Shown: positions 39,245 to 48,282 of the stretch, piece by piece | How positions within the stretch are numbered: position 1 is the first letter of the stretch | How the letters are laid out: each line of letters starts with the position of its first letter | NCBI GenBank assembly: GCA_900770895.1 | Contig: CAAGMF010000242.1 | Span: 1 to 48,752 of the forward strand | Length of the DNA stretch: 48,752 bases | Reading direction: 5' to 3' | From: an uncultured Mitsuokella sp. | GTDB lineage: Bacteria > Bacillota > Negativicutes > Selenomonadales > Selenomonadaceae | Position numbers and translations under genes: made by a program | The notes under the pieces: generated by a model | The model's input: the letters and a program-made list of their open reading frames with translations, nothing else | What the model was told of the DNA's origin: nothing | Databases searched by the model: none

Positions 39245-40499
39245 ATTGCTGAACCGGCGGCTTCTGGGGGGCCTGAGCGACTTCCTTCGTTACCGCATGG
39301 ACTACATCGTCGGCGTGCGGCCGCAGCCGGACCGCGTGCTGTTCGTCCTGCTTGAGCAGCAGGACGAGGGCTGGGAAATCGTTTCTGTCGTGGCAGAGGA
39401 GCGGCGCAGCAGCTTCGCAGACGGTCCGGCTGCAGGACAATGGGGAGCCGCCGAGCTGGTGGACATCATCGACATGGGACTGAAGCGCTATGGCTGGCAG
39501 GACTATCCCATCGCTATCAGTGTACCGGCGACCGATATGTTCGGCTACATCGTCCACGTGCCGCATATTGCCGATGAAGAGCAGCGTCGCTATGCCCTCC
39601 ACTGCGAGATGGACGGGCGACTGCGCCATGATGGCATAGATATCGACCTCTGCCAGACCGTCGAGGTGACGCTGGACGATACCGCCGAGACCGCCTGGCT
39701 GTCCGCCATGCCCAGCTTGCTGCTCGACGGTATCCGTCATGCCTGCCGCACGGCCGGCCTCGACCTGATCGACATCGAGGCCATACCACCGCTTGCCGAG
39801 CTATACTCCGGCCCTGATATCGAGGCCTTGCCGCAGGGGAGCGGTACGCTGCAGGTCGCCGGCCATACCGTCAGCTACGCGGCTGACCATGTGGATCAGG
39901 AGCAGCGGGACGCTGTACTGTATGCGGTCTGGGCCGCGGTGCCGAAACGAGCCCGCTGGGCGGAGCTGAGCTTCATCATGCAGGACCGGCCAGACGCTGA
40001 CAGCCTCGACTATCGGCGTCTGGCTCTGCTGCTGGTCGGGATCTGCCTGCTATCGCTGAGCATACTTACCGCTCATGATGCCTGGGGCTTCTATGAGAGC
40101 CGCCAGCACATGCTGCAGTCCGAGAGCCAGCTTGCCGGGATGGCTCCGGACCGGAAGCGCTGCGAGCTGTGGGAACAGGTACGCACGCGCGCCGAGCAAA
40201 AGGAACAGCTCGTCGCACAGCTGGCTGACCAGCAGCAACCCTGGTATGCCCTGCTCGTGCATCTCGGCACGGTGACGGTCGATGGCGTCTGGCTCGACAG
40301 TGTCGAGGCGGGCGACGATAACGAGGTACGGCTGAGCGGGCAGGCCACCGACTATGCCTCGTTGACGGCCTACGTTGAGCAGCTGGAGCATGACGAATTC
40401 TTTGCTGACGGGGTGACGCTCGAATCCTCCAGCCGGTCAGAACAGCATGAGGGGGCGACTAGTGGCACGCTCAACTTCCGTCTGCATTTGAAAATCTAG
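39219..40499 (+). CDS. PilM-like N-terminal region fused to a PilN-like TM/coiled-coil region
   Basis: 426 aa: a cytoplasmic ~270 aa, then TM LALLLVGICLLSLSILTA, then a coiled-coil plus C-terminal domain as in PilN. GGGGAGGG RBS. Confidence 0.5.
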   Translation: MSGSHGLSKLLNRRLLGGLSDFLRYRMDYIVGVRPQPDRVLFVLLEQQDEGWEIVSVVAEERRSSFADGPAAGQWGAAELVDIIDMGLKRYGWQDYPIAISVPATDMFGYIVHVPHIADEEQRRYALHCEMDGRLRHDGIDIDLCQTVEVTLDDTAETAWLSAMPSLLLDGIRHACRTAGLDLIDIEAIPPLAELYSGPDIEALPQGSGTLQVAGHTVSYAADHVDQEQRDAVLYAVWAAVPKRARWAELSFIMQDRPDADSLDYRRLALLLVGICLLSLSILTAHDAWGFYESRQHMLQSESQLAGMAPDRKRCELWEQVRTRAEQKEQLVAQLADQQQPWYALLVHLGTVTVDGVWLDSVEAGDDNEVRLSGQATDYASLTAYVEQLEHDEFFADGVTLESSSRSEQHEGATSGTLNFRLHLKI

Positions 40500-40517
40500 C
40501 TTATACGAGATGATGAA

Positions 40518-41057
40518 ATGGAACGCTTTACTGCAAAAAATCGTTATCTGCTGCTCGCAGCCGCGATCTGCCTGCTGCTGATCGTCATATACATATTCCT
40601 GCTCCGCGCGCCGCTGCATGGTGCGGCTGCTTCTGCAGAGGCACGGGCTCAGGTTGCAGCTGCCCAGGTCCTGAAGGTCACGAATTTCCACAATGCCCAT
40701 ATCAGCGACGAGAAGAAATATGAGCAGGACTTGCAACAGCGTCAGGAGCGGGCTGATAAGGCTCTACCCGACGACATCGAGCAGGGACGCATCGTCGGCT
40801 ATCTGCAGAGCAAGGCGCTGGCCAGCCAGCTCGAGCTCTGCGAACTGACGCCCGGCGAACTGCGCGTTCAAGACGGACTCCGGGTCCTTCCGTTGAGGTT
40901 GAAACTCCGTGGCAACTATTTCCAGTTGCTTGATTTCCTTGAACAGCTCCAAAATGGAGAGCGCTATACGATCATCCAGAACCCCCGCGTGAAGAGCAAA
41001 AACGATTGCCTGGAATGCATACTGGAAATCGATGCCTTTTCAATGGGCACAAAATAG
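40518..41057 (+). CDS. PilO-like pilus assembly protein
   Basis: N-terminal TM, a coiled coil and a C-terminal ...LPLRLKLRGNYFQLLDFLEQLQNGERY... resembling PilO. Confidence 0.55.
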   Translation: MERFTAKNRYLLLAAAICLLLIVIYIFLLRAPLHGAAASAEARAQVAAAQVLKVTNFHNAHISDEKKYEQDLQQRQERADKALPDDIEQGRIVGYLQSKALASQLELCELTPGELRVQDGLRVLPLRLKLRGNYFQLLDFLEQLQNGERYTIIQNPRVKSKNDCLECILEIDAFSMGTK

Positions 41058-41107
41058 ATTGAAAATCTCAGCTGCACATTTCACCGAAAAATAAGTTCCG
41101 GCCACCC

Positions 41108-41136
41108 TTGACAGACTCTCTAGGGCCATGTATACT
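41108..41136 (+). promoter_or_regulatory. sigma70 promoter of rpsO
   Basis: TTGACA at 41108-41113, a 17-nt spacer and TATACT at 41131-41136. Confidence 0.6.
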
Positions 41137-41225
41137 TAATATGTTTGTTGGCACCGCAGCTCAGATAACGAGGCACTCCGACGTTTTCCTAGCTGCTGGT
41201 CTATATAGAAATAGGAGGATTTTTA

Positions 41226-41504
41226 ATGCTTACTCAGACAGAGAAACAGGAAATCATGAAGAAGTATGCCGTCCATGAGGGTGACACTGGTTCGCCAGAG
41301 GTACAGATTGCCGTTCTGACGGCTCGTATCAACTACCTCACGGAGCACCTGAAGCAGCACAAGAAGGATCATCATTCCCGTCGTGGCCTGCTGAAGATGG
41401 TCGGCCGTCGTCGTTCGTTCCTGGCATACCTTTACAAGAAGGACATCGAGCGCTATCGTTCGATAGTCTCTCGTCTCGGCATCCGTTCCACGATGGAGCA
41501 CTGA
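41226..41504 (+). CDS. rpsO: 30S ribosomal protein S15
   Basis: ...[47 protein letters not shown]... AGGAGGA RBS. Confidence 0.97.
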   Translation: MLTQTEKQEIMKKYAVHEGDTGSPEVQIAVLTARINYLTEHLKQHKKDHHSRRGLLKMVGRRRSFLAYLYKKDIERYRSIVSRLGIRSTMEH

Positions 41505-41581
41505 GAATAGTTTAGCTCAGTCATTGCCTCATCCCGGCGGTAAGCGGGGATCGGACAATGGCATAATAATAGCTGCTTAGA

Positions 41582-41620
41582 GGCTGTCGCAATTTATATC
41601 GCGGCAGCCTTTATCGTTTC
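41582..41620 (+). terminator. Hairpin (terminator/attenuator) between rpsO and pnp
   Basis: GGCTGTCGC (41582-41590) pairs with GCGGCAGCC (41601-41609), followed by TTTATCGTTT. Confidence 0.5.
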
Positions 41621-41742
41621 AATTGGCCCCGCCCGTCAGCATCGGATAAAAACCATGCACAGGGAAAAAGGTATGGGCGCTATCATGTCGAATATATAAG
41701 TTAAGGTAAATAAGTGCTAGATAAAATATGGGAGGAAGTTTG

Positions 41743-43821
41743 ATGGAAGGTTTCCATACTTATGAGATGGAGCTTGGCGGACGCAAGCTGATCATCGAGA
41801 ATGGCAAGATGGCCAAGCAGGCCAATGGCGCAGTGCTGGTCCGCTATGGTGACACAGTGGTGCTGGTGACGGCCACGGCCTCCGCTGAGCCGCGTGAGGG
41901 AGTAGACTTCTTCCCGCTGACCGTCGACTATGAGGAAAAGATGTACGCCGGTGGCAAGATACCGGGCGGCTTCATCAAGCGTGAAGGACGTCCCTCGAAC
42001 GAGGCTGTGCTCTGCGCCCGTCTCATCGACCGTCCGATACGCCCGCTGTTCCCGAAAGGCTATCGCAATGATGTCCAGATCGTCGCGACCGTACTGTCGT
42101 ATGAGCCGGACAATGCTCCGGAGCTGGTCGGCATGATTGGTGCCTCGTGCGCCCTCTCGGTATCGGATATCCCGTTCAATGGCCCGATTGCTGGTGTACG
42201 CGTCGGCCGCGTGAATGATGAATTCGTCATCAATCCGACGGAGGAGCAGCGTGCGGTCTCTACCCTGAACCTGACCGTAGCTGGCTCGGCGGATGCTGTC
42301 ATGATGGTCGAGGCCGGAGCAAACGAGCTGCCAGAGGAGGTCATCCTCGACGCCATCATGTTCGGCCATGAGGAGATCAAGCGCATCGTCGCTTTCGAGA
42401 AGAAGATTCAGGACGAGTGCGGCAAAGAGAAACATATCGCGAAGCTGTTCACGGTGCCGGATGAGCTCATGGAAGGCATCCGCGAGTACTGCGGGGAACG
42501 CCTCGATGCAGCGGTCCGCAATCCGGACAAGCTGGATCGTGATGCCCATATCGCTGACATCGCTGCTGATGTCATGGAGCATTTCCTGCCGGACTATCCG
42601 GAGATGGACAAGGAGATCGAGATCGCGTTCCACGATATCGAGAAATCGCTCGTGCGCCATATGATAACGCATGAAAAAATACGTCCGGATGGCCGCGCTA
42701 CCGACGAGGTACGGCCGGTCACCTGCGAGGTCGGCATACTGCCGCGTCCGCATGGCTCGGGACTTTTCACCCGCGGCCAGACGCAGGTCCTGTCTGTCAC
42801 TACACTCGGTGCACTCGGTGATGAGCAAATCATCGACGGACTTGGTCCCGAGTATGCGAAGCACTACATCCATCACTACAATTTCCCGGGATACTCCGTC
42901 GGTGAGGCGAAGCCTATGCGTAGCCCGGGCCGCCGTGAGATCGGACATGGTGCCCTCGCAGAGCGTGCCCTGCTGCCGGTTATCCCGTCCATAGAAGAAT
43001 TCCCGTACACGATCCGCGTCGTGTCCGAGGTCCTCGAGTCGAACGGCTCGAGCTCCATGGCTTCGACCTGCGGCTCTACGCTGTCGCTCATGCATGCCGG
43101 CGTACCAATCAAGCGTCCGGTCTCCGGCGTCGCTATGGGCCTCGTCAAAGAGGGCGATGCCTACACGATTCTGACTGATATCCAGGGCATGGAGGATGCT
43201 CTCGGTGATATGGACTTCAAGGTCACCGGTACGACAGAGGGCGTCACCGCCATCCAGATGGATATCAAGGTGGCCGGTATCAACCGCGACATCCTGGCCT
43301 CAGCTCTGGAGCAGGCAAAGCGTGGTCGTGCCTTCATCCTCAGCAAGATGCTCGAGTGCATCTCCGAGCCGAACAAGGAGCTGTCACCGTATGCACCGCG
43401 TGTCGAAACCATCAAGATAAAGGTTGACCAGATCAGCGATGTCATCGGCAAGGGCGGCAAGGTCGTCAAGGGAATCACCGAGGAAACCGGCGTCCAGGTC
43501 GACATCCATGAGGACGGCAACATATTCCTGACCTCGAACGATGCTGCTGGCATGGCCAAGGCAAAGCAAATGATCGAGGACATCGTCCATGAGATAAAGC
43601 CGGGCGAGATATATACCGGCCGTGTCACACGCCTCATGAAATTCGGCGCCTTTGTCGAGCTGCTGCCGGGCCGCGAGGGCCTCTGTCATATATCGCAGCT
43701 GGCTAAACGCCGCGTAGAGAACGTAGAGGACGTCGTACAGGTAGGCGACCAGCTGCAGGTCAAGGTCACCGAGATCGATGACCGCGGACGTATAAACGTC
43801 AGCCACAAGGTGTTGCTGTAA
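41743..43821 (+). CDS. pnp: Polyribonucleotide nucleotidyltransferase (PNPase)
   Basis: 692 aa with two RNase PH domains, a KH domain and an S1 domain (...[28 protein letters not shown]...). GGAGG lies 7 nt upstream of ATG 41743. Confidence 0.97.
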   Translation: MEGFHTYEMELGGRKLIIENGKMAKQANGAVLVRYGDTVVLVTATASAEPREGVDFFPLTVDYEEKMYAGGKIPGGFIKREGRPSNEAVLCARLIDRPIRPLFPKGYRNDVQIVATVLSYEPDNAPELVGMIGASCALSVSDIPFNGPIAGVRVGRVNDEFVINPTEEQRAVSTLNLTVAGSADAVMMVEAGANELPEEVILDAIMFGHEEIKRIVAFEKKIQDECGKEKHIAKLFTVPDELMEGIREYCGERLDAAVRNPDKLDRDAHIADIAADVMEHFLPDYPEMDKEIEIAFHDIEKSLVRHMITHEKIRPDGRATDEVRPVTCEVGILPRPHGSGLFTRGQTQVLSVTTLGALGDEQIIDGLGPEYAKHYIHHYNFPGYSVGEAKPMRSPGRREIGHGALAERALLPVIPSIEEFPYTIRVVSEVLESNGSSSMASTCGSTLSLMHAGVPIKRPVSGVAMGLVKEGDAYTILTDIQGMEDALGDMDFKVTGTTEGVTAIQMDIKVAGINRDILASALEQAKRGRAFILSKMLECISEPNKELSPYAPRVETIKIKVDQISDVIGKGGKVVKGITEETGVQVDIHEDGNIFLTSNDAAGMAKAKQMIEDIVHEIKPGEIYTGRVTRLMKFGAFVELLPGREGLCHISQLAKRRVENVEDVVQVGDQLQVKVTEIDDRGRINVSHKVLL

Positions 43822-43854
43822 TACCTGCATCATCTCATATCGTAAGTAAATCAG

Positions 43855-43895
43855 GGCAATTTTCCCCATAAGAGCAGGGGAGAATTGCCTTTTTT
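43855..43895 (+). terminator. Rho-independent terminator of pnp
   Basis: A 13-bp stem GGCAATTTTCCCC / GGGGAGAATTGCC followed by TTTTTT. Confidence 0.85.
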
Positions 43896-43972
43896 ACTGA
43901 TGCGTTCAGCGGATCGGCAGCGAAGCCATGTATGACATGCAGCTTGAAAAAAATGTAAATAGCATTTGGGGT

Positions 43973-43998
43973 AAAAAAACAGCCGACATTGTCGGCTG
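43973..43998 (-). terminator. Rho-independent terminator of the integrase gene (minus strand)
   Basis: CAGCCGAC-ATT-GTCGGCTG preceded on the + strand by AAAAAAA, which is a U-run on the - strand. It lies 37 nt after the integrase stop. Confidence 0.75.
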
Positions 43999-44034
43999 CA
44001 TGAATAGAATACTGTGAAAAAGTGGTTGGAACGA

Positions 44035-45042
44035 TCAATCATCATGCGGAACCAGGGCTGAAGTGACGCGATGCTTCAAGCGCTGGTTTACATGGGCATA
44101 GCGGGCTGTCACCTTCGGATCACGATGCCGCAGCGTTTCCTGAACAAGGCGCAAATCCTTCGTGGCCTGATAAAGGTTCGTCCCGCAGCTGTGACGGAAG
44201 ACATGGCAGGAATAGCCGGGGTGTTTCAAATCACAGGCTTCGAGGGCCTTGTTCATGACATTACGGATACCGTTGCGCGATATGCGTCCTAGAAAATTGC
44301 GGTGTGATGACGATAGTATCAATGGTGTCAGTACGCCGTCCTTCTTTATGGCATGATCCCTGGGGACAGCATCCAGATATTCCTTGATCAGTGCGAAAGT
44401 CTCATCGCAGGGGTAGATCGGCTCCATCCGTCCCTTGGCACCTTTGCCGCGTATCATGATTGCCTTTACCTCCCAGTTGATATCCTCGCGGCAGGCCCGG
44501 TGCACCTCGACATTACGCAGCCCCTCGACGCCCATCAGGTAAAGGATGAGTTTGTTCCGCGTCCGGGTGAAATCATCAGGATCCTGGTCAAAAACATGTA
44601 TGATGGTCTGCATCTGCTGCGGAGTGTAGAAATGGAGCAGGGCATCACTCGTACGGCTCACAGAGGGTGAATCGATATCTGTTGCCGGATTCTCAGTGAT
44701 GAGCCCGACGGTCTTTGCTGCAGAAAAGAAGGCCCGCACAGCTGCCAGCATGAGCTGGATACTGTCAGCCTTATATTGCTGATTCAGCAAATATTCACGA
44801 TATATGAGCAATTGGTATGTCTGCGCGGCAAGCGGATGACATTTATTACTGAGACACCAGCGGATGAAAAAATCAATCTGATTGCAGTAATGGCGCATGG
44901 TATCTTCAGAGGGATTGCCTTTGGCAATGACACGCGGCAGAAAGTCGGCATAGTGCTCGACAAAATAATCCGGCGTAAGCGCACTGGTGTTCAATGCATA
45001 TGATAAATTGCTGTCCCGTGGCGCAAGCTGTTTGTTGTTCAT
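44035..45042 (-). CDS. Tyrosine-type site-specific recombinase/integrase
   Basis: C-terminal catalytic signature ...GLRNVEVHR...HVFRHSCGTNL...LRHRDPKVTARYAHV (R..H-x-x-R..Y). GGAGG RBS. Confidence 0.9.
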   Translation of the reverse strand: MNNKQLAPRDSNLSYALNTSALTPDYFVEHYADFLPRVIAKGNPSEDTMRHYCNQIDFFIRWCLSNKCHPLAAQTYQLLIYREYLLNQQYKADSIQLMLAAVRAFFSAAKTVGLITENPATDIDSPSVSRTSDALLHFYTPQQMQTIIHVFDQDPDDFTRTRNKLILYLMGVEGLRNVEVHRACREDINWEVKAIMIRGKGAKGRMEPIYPCDETFALIKEYLDAVPRDHAIKKDGVLTPLILSSSHRNFLGRISRNGIRNVMNKALEACDLKHPGYSCHVFRHSCGTNLYQATKDLRLVQETLRHRDPKVTARYAHVNQRLKHRVTSALVPHDD

Positions 45043-45224
45043 AATGATTGCCTCCGATATCTATTCATTATAGCATAAGATGACCAGCTGATACAAAAGC
45101 AGAAATAATGCCAAGCAGATTCCAAAGAGATATGTGTCCTAAAAAGAGTTTGATTCAGTCAATCAATACAAGACGCAGTATTTTCTTAATACGAAGCAAA
45201 ATGCGTCGTTTGCAAAGCCTCAAT

Positions 45225-45258
45225 TTTAGTGTGGCTAATTCCTCTTAGCCACACTAAA
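45225..45258. repeat. Perfect 14-bp inverted repeat with a 6-nt loop
   Basis: TTTAGTGTGGCTAA (45225-45238), TTCCTC, TTAGCCACACTAAA (45245-45258). There is no flanking T-run on either strand. Confidence 0.9.
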
Positions 45259-45345
45259 GTACTTCGAAGCGACTCTGCCTGGTACTTGCTAATTGCAACC
45301 TCTTTTTTGGGGACATTATTTTCCATCTCGACTACCAACTTCAAG

Positions 45346-45373
45346 TTTGCTATACTATATTTGCTATACTATA
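45346..45373 (+). repeat. Perfect tandem duplication of a 14-mer (TTTGCTATACTATA x2)
   Basis: Copies at 45346-45359 and 45360-45373. Each contains a TATACT -10-like hexamer. Confidence 0.9.
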
Positions 45374-45494
45374 ATAATAGTCAACAAGAGGCTTGCGTCT
45401 CCCGTCTGACTAGAGCTCTTGAAATTTACTTACGTTTGTGGCGTTTCGATTTCTTGGGCTCTTTTGTTTTTGGGATTCTTTCAATTCCCAAAAC

Positions 45495-45512
45495 AGGCGG
45501 TCATGAAAGGAA
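45495..45512 (+). repeat. Left copy of an 18-nt direct repeat bracketing rhuM (AGGCGGTCATGAAAGGAA)
   Basis: Identical at 17 of 18 positions to 46445-46462. Confidence 0.85.
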
Positions 45513-45520
45513 CACATCAT

Positions 45521-46396
45521 ATGGATAATATCATCATATACAACACGGACGATGGTGCAGCCAGCGTCAAGCTCTATGCCAATGACGGCACGGTCTGGCT
45601 CGCTCGCGCAGAAATCGCATCCCTCTTTCAAAAAGACCGTTCGACCATCTCAAAGCATATAAAAAACATCTTTGCTGAAGGAGAGCTGGACGAGAAGAAC
45701 AATGTGCATTTTTTGCACATTGATAATTCAAAGAAGCCGGTCGCCTTCTACAGCCTCGATGTCATTCTGGCCGTCGGTTTCCGCGTCCGCTCCCCGCGTG
45801 GCACGCAGTTCCGCCGCTGGGCGAACACGACGCTAAAGGAATACCTGCAGAAGGGCTTCGTCATCGACGACGAGCGCCTGAAGAATCCCGACGGCCGCCC
45901 GGACTACTTCGACGAACTGCTCGCGCGGATCCGCGACATTCGTGCCAGTGAGAAACGCTTCTACCAGAAGCTCCGTGACCTGTTTGCACTCTCCTCCGAC
46001 TACGACAAGACTGACCATGCCACGCAGCTCTTCTTTGCTGAGGTGCAGAACAAGCTCATCTATGGCGTGACCGGCCAGACCGCTGCCGACGAGATTGACA
46101 CGCTGAACCGTCTCGTGACCATCTTCCTCGAGAGTGCCGAGCTGCGCGTCAAGATGCGCAAGGACCTGACGCTCTCCTACTGGCGCTCCACCGTGGACAA
46201 ACTCCTCGAAGACCACGGCGTCCCCGTCCTCACCAATCGCGGCAGCCACTCCCACGATGAGATGGTCCGATATGTCACAGATACCTACACCCAATTCGAT
46301 GCCCGCCGCAAGAAAGCCGACGCCCAGCAAGCCGATGCCGACGATTTCGCCGAGCTCGAGAGAGAAATCCCGCAGATCAAGGGCCGTAAGCAATGA
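45521..46396 (+). CDS. RhuM-family virulence/Fic-associated protein
   Basis: ...IIIYNTDDGAASVKLYANDGTVWLARAEIASLFQKDRSTISKHIKNIFAEGEL...VGFRVRSPRGTQFRRWANTTLKEYLQKGF... is the typical RhuM N-terminal and core pattern. The start may be ATG 45521 or 45503. Confidence 0.75.
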   Translation: MDNIIIYNTDDGAASVKLYANDGTVWLARAEIASLFQKDRSTISKHIKNIFAEGELDEKNNVHFLHIDNSKKPVAFYSLDVILAVGFRVRSPRGTQFRRWANTTLKEYLQKGFVIDDERLKNPDGRPDYFDELLARIRDIRASEKRFYQKLRDLFALSSDYDKTDHATQLFFAEVQNKLIYGVTGQTAADEIDTLNRLVTIFLESAELRVKMRKDLTLSYWRSTVDKLLEDHGVPVLTNRGSHSHDEMVRYVTDTYTQFDARRKKADAQQADADDFAELEREIPQIKGRKQ

Positions 46397-46398
46397 AG

Positions 46399-46422
46399 CA
46401 TATTGGCGGCGCCGCCAATATG
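46399..46422. repeat. Perfect 24-bp palindrome CATATTGGCGGCGCCGCCAATATG
   Basis: Starts 3 nt after the rhuM stop codon. It is self-complementary over its full length. Confidence 0.9.
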
Positions 46423-46444
46423 GTACATTGCAAAAGCCGCTCGA

Positions 46445-46462
46445 AGGCGGCCATGAAAGGAA
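46445..46462 (+). repeat. Right copy of the 18-nt direct repeat (AGGCGGCCATGAAAGGAA)
   Basis: Identical at 17 of 18 positions to 45495-45512. It is followed by a tandem 9-mer TATATCTTG x2 at 46483-46500. Confidence 0.85.
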
Positions 46463-46528
46463 GGATATCCTGATACATCTGATATATCTTGTATATCTTG
46501 ACATCAATACTGAAAGGACAACTGCTAT

Positions 46529-47461
46529 ATGGATGAACTCATACATCAGCTAAACGCTATGCTATCTTCAGATACTACTATCAGTTGCTTTGCTATCAAT
46601 CTAAAAAAATCTCCACCGACAGGAAAGCTTATCGATTTTGCAAACAGCAGACTTCATAACTTCATGGAGTCCGCGCTGAACTACCTGTGCAAAAATGTTT
46701 ACTCACAAATGCAACTGGGAGATTATCCAGAGGCTACCCCAAAAGATTTCATTGAAAGAATCTCTTGTACCGATTCCAATATATCTGAATTTGTTTCCCA
46801 TATCAAGGATATTCCTTTACTCGGTGAGGCTGATAATAAAAATTTGAATTCGTATAATGCATATATGATTGTCGTTGAAAATTCTTCCCATATGAACTTA
46901 TTTCTCACCAAAAAGAAGCTATTGCTCTCCTGCAAAAAGAAGTCTTTCCTAGCATCAATATACTGGAAAAATAACGATGATGATTCTTATAAAGAAATAA
47001 CAGGTGATATCATTCGTCTCGTTCGTCATTTCGATGCATTTATTTTAGACGATACCTGTTACATTGTAACTAAAGAAGGACGCGCGATGCTTGGCCTAGA
47101 CAAAAGTCGAAAAGAAAAATGCCACGAAGTTTTCGATGGCATTTCATCTCTACAAATCCTTGACAAGAATGGATTGGCAAACCTAAAAGGCTATTTAAAA
47201 AAGCCAGGACAGTTTGGATGTCTTGCCGGTGCCGACGAAAACATTCTTCATGAGCTCTCTCAGATCACTCACCAAAACAAAGAACACATTCAAGAAAAAT
47301 ACCACCTCGATGTTATCGAGGATTCGGATGGCATGTGTGTGATTGATGTCCATACACAAGAACAAATGAAAGCCTTCATAGACACCGTTACACTTCGCCG
47401 TGGACAAGACTTTGACGCCAATATCGTTACTTGTGCTGCACCGTTCAAACGTCATCACTGA
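46529..47461 (+). CDS. Hypothetical 310-aa protein, DUF4868/KwaB-like (tentative)
   Basis: AT-rich gene. Its length and the central pattern ...YNAYMIVVENSSHMNLFLTKKKLLL...IIRLVRHFDAFILDDTCYIVTKEG... resemble what I recall of DUF4868. Not verified by search. Confidence 0.4.
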   Translation: MDELIHQLNAMLSSDTTISCFAINLKKSPPTGKLIDFANSRLHNFMESALNYLCKNVYSQMQLGDYPEATPKDFIERISCTDSNISEFVSHIKDIPLLGEADNKNLNSYNAYMIVVENSSHMNLFLTKKKLLLSCKKKSFLASIYWKNNDDDSYKEITGDIIRLVRHFDAFILDDTCYIVTKEGRAMLGLDKSRKEKCHEVFDGISSLQILDKNGLANLKGYLKKPGQFGCLAGADENILHELSQITHQNKEHIQEKYHLDVIEDSDGMCVIDVHTQEQMKAFIDTVTLRRGQDFDANIVTCAAPFKRHH

Positions 47462-48005
47462 CAAAGAAGAATACTCCATTCGTAATCTGTAGCATCTTTC
47501 CCTGATTCTTGCTACTGAAGAAGAGTCCTTTGTCTGTCTTGACGATGAACGTCCCTATCCGATTCCCATCCGGTCTGCTTATTGTGCCTTCCAAAATTTT
47601 ATAACCAAATACATCCAGCAAGGGCGTATATAGGAACATGATATTGTTGCGAAACATTGCTAACATAAGTGCAGTGACAATCAGGAGCGTAACGGTACTC
47701 TCAATGCCAGAACCAATAAACGAAATGAACGGTATCACATAATAGCTAATGGCCCCGCTGCTGAACAGATCCTTTCGCTGTAGTTTGGATATCTCGCATG
47801 GGATACGTACACTATGAAATTGCCGCCTAAAAAACAGCCACGTATCAATGCAAGCCAAAATTGATACTACCATGTAAATAACGGCAAAGCATTGAACAGC
47901 ATATCCAGCTTCATCCACATCAAATATGAAAACATGCAGGGCTTCTATCAGTGCGATAGGAAAACAGCCTGCCAAGAATGCCATGCAGCTTGCTCTTTTC
48001 ATCAT
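47445..48005 (-). CDS. Four-TM membrane protein with a ~65-aa soluble C-terminal domain
   Basis: GGAGGTGG RBS upstream of the tandem ATG ATG (complement 48005-48000). Four hydrophobic segments are followed by ...GYKILEGTISRPDGNRIGTFIVKTDKGLFFSS.... Its 3' end overlaps the DUF4868-like gene by 17 nt. Confidence 0.6.
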   Translation of the reverse strand: MMKRASCMAFLAGCFPIALIEALHVFIFDVDEAGYAVQCFAVIYMVVSILACIDTWLFFRRQFHSVRIPCEISKLQRKDLFSSGAISYYVIPFISFIGSGIESTVTLLIVTALMLAMFRNNIMFLYTPLLDVFGYKILEGTISRPDGNRIGTFIVKTDKGLFFSSKNQGKMLQITNGVFFFVSDDV

Positions 48006-48282
48006 GCCACCTCCGTACCTGTCGTTATGCATCATACATATATCATGGCATATTTCAGCACAAAAGAAAAGGTCAACTCTCAAACAGCCATGAATTTAGC
48101 AGATAATATCGGACTACAAAGCACTGTTAGTCCAATTTAGGTAAAGATACTTGACTATGCCTGGTGTGAATTTAGAAATAGCAATGTCATAAAGACGCAC
48201 GCGTCGGCGTGCGCATGCCCGCCCGCGGCTCTGGTACAATGAGCATAGATACATCCGCCAGTCTCCGAGAGGAGGCAGCTCT

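Noticed and set aside
41701-43095. 464-aa ORF antisense to pnp
   Set aside because: Shadow ORF opposite the PNPase gene, R/D/L-rich, with no RBS.
45229-45528. 99-aa ORF in the integrase-rhuM spacer
   Set aside because: It runs through the 14-bp inverted repeat and the tandem 14-mer. The sequence is hydrophobic and low-complexity with a GTG start and no RBS, so it is most likely non-coding spacer.
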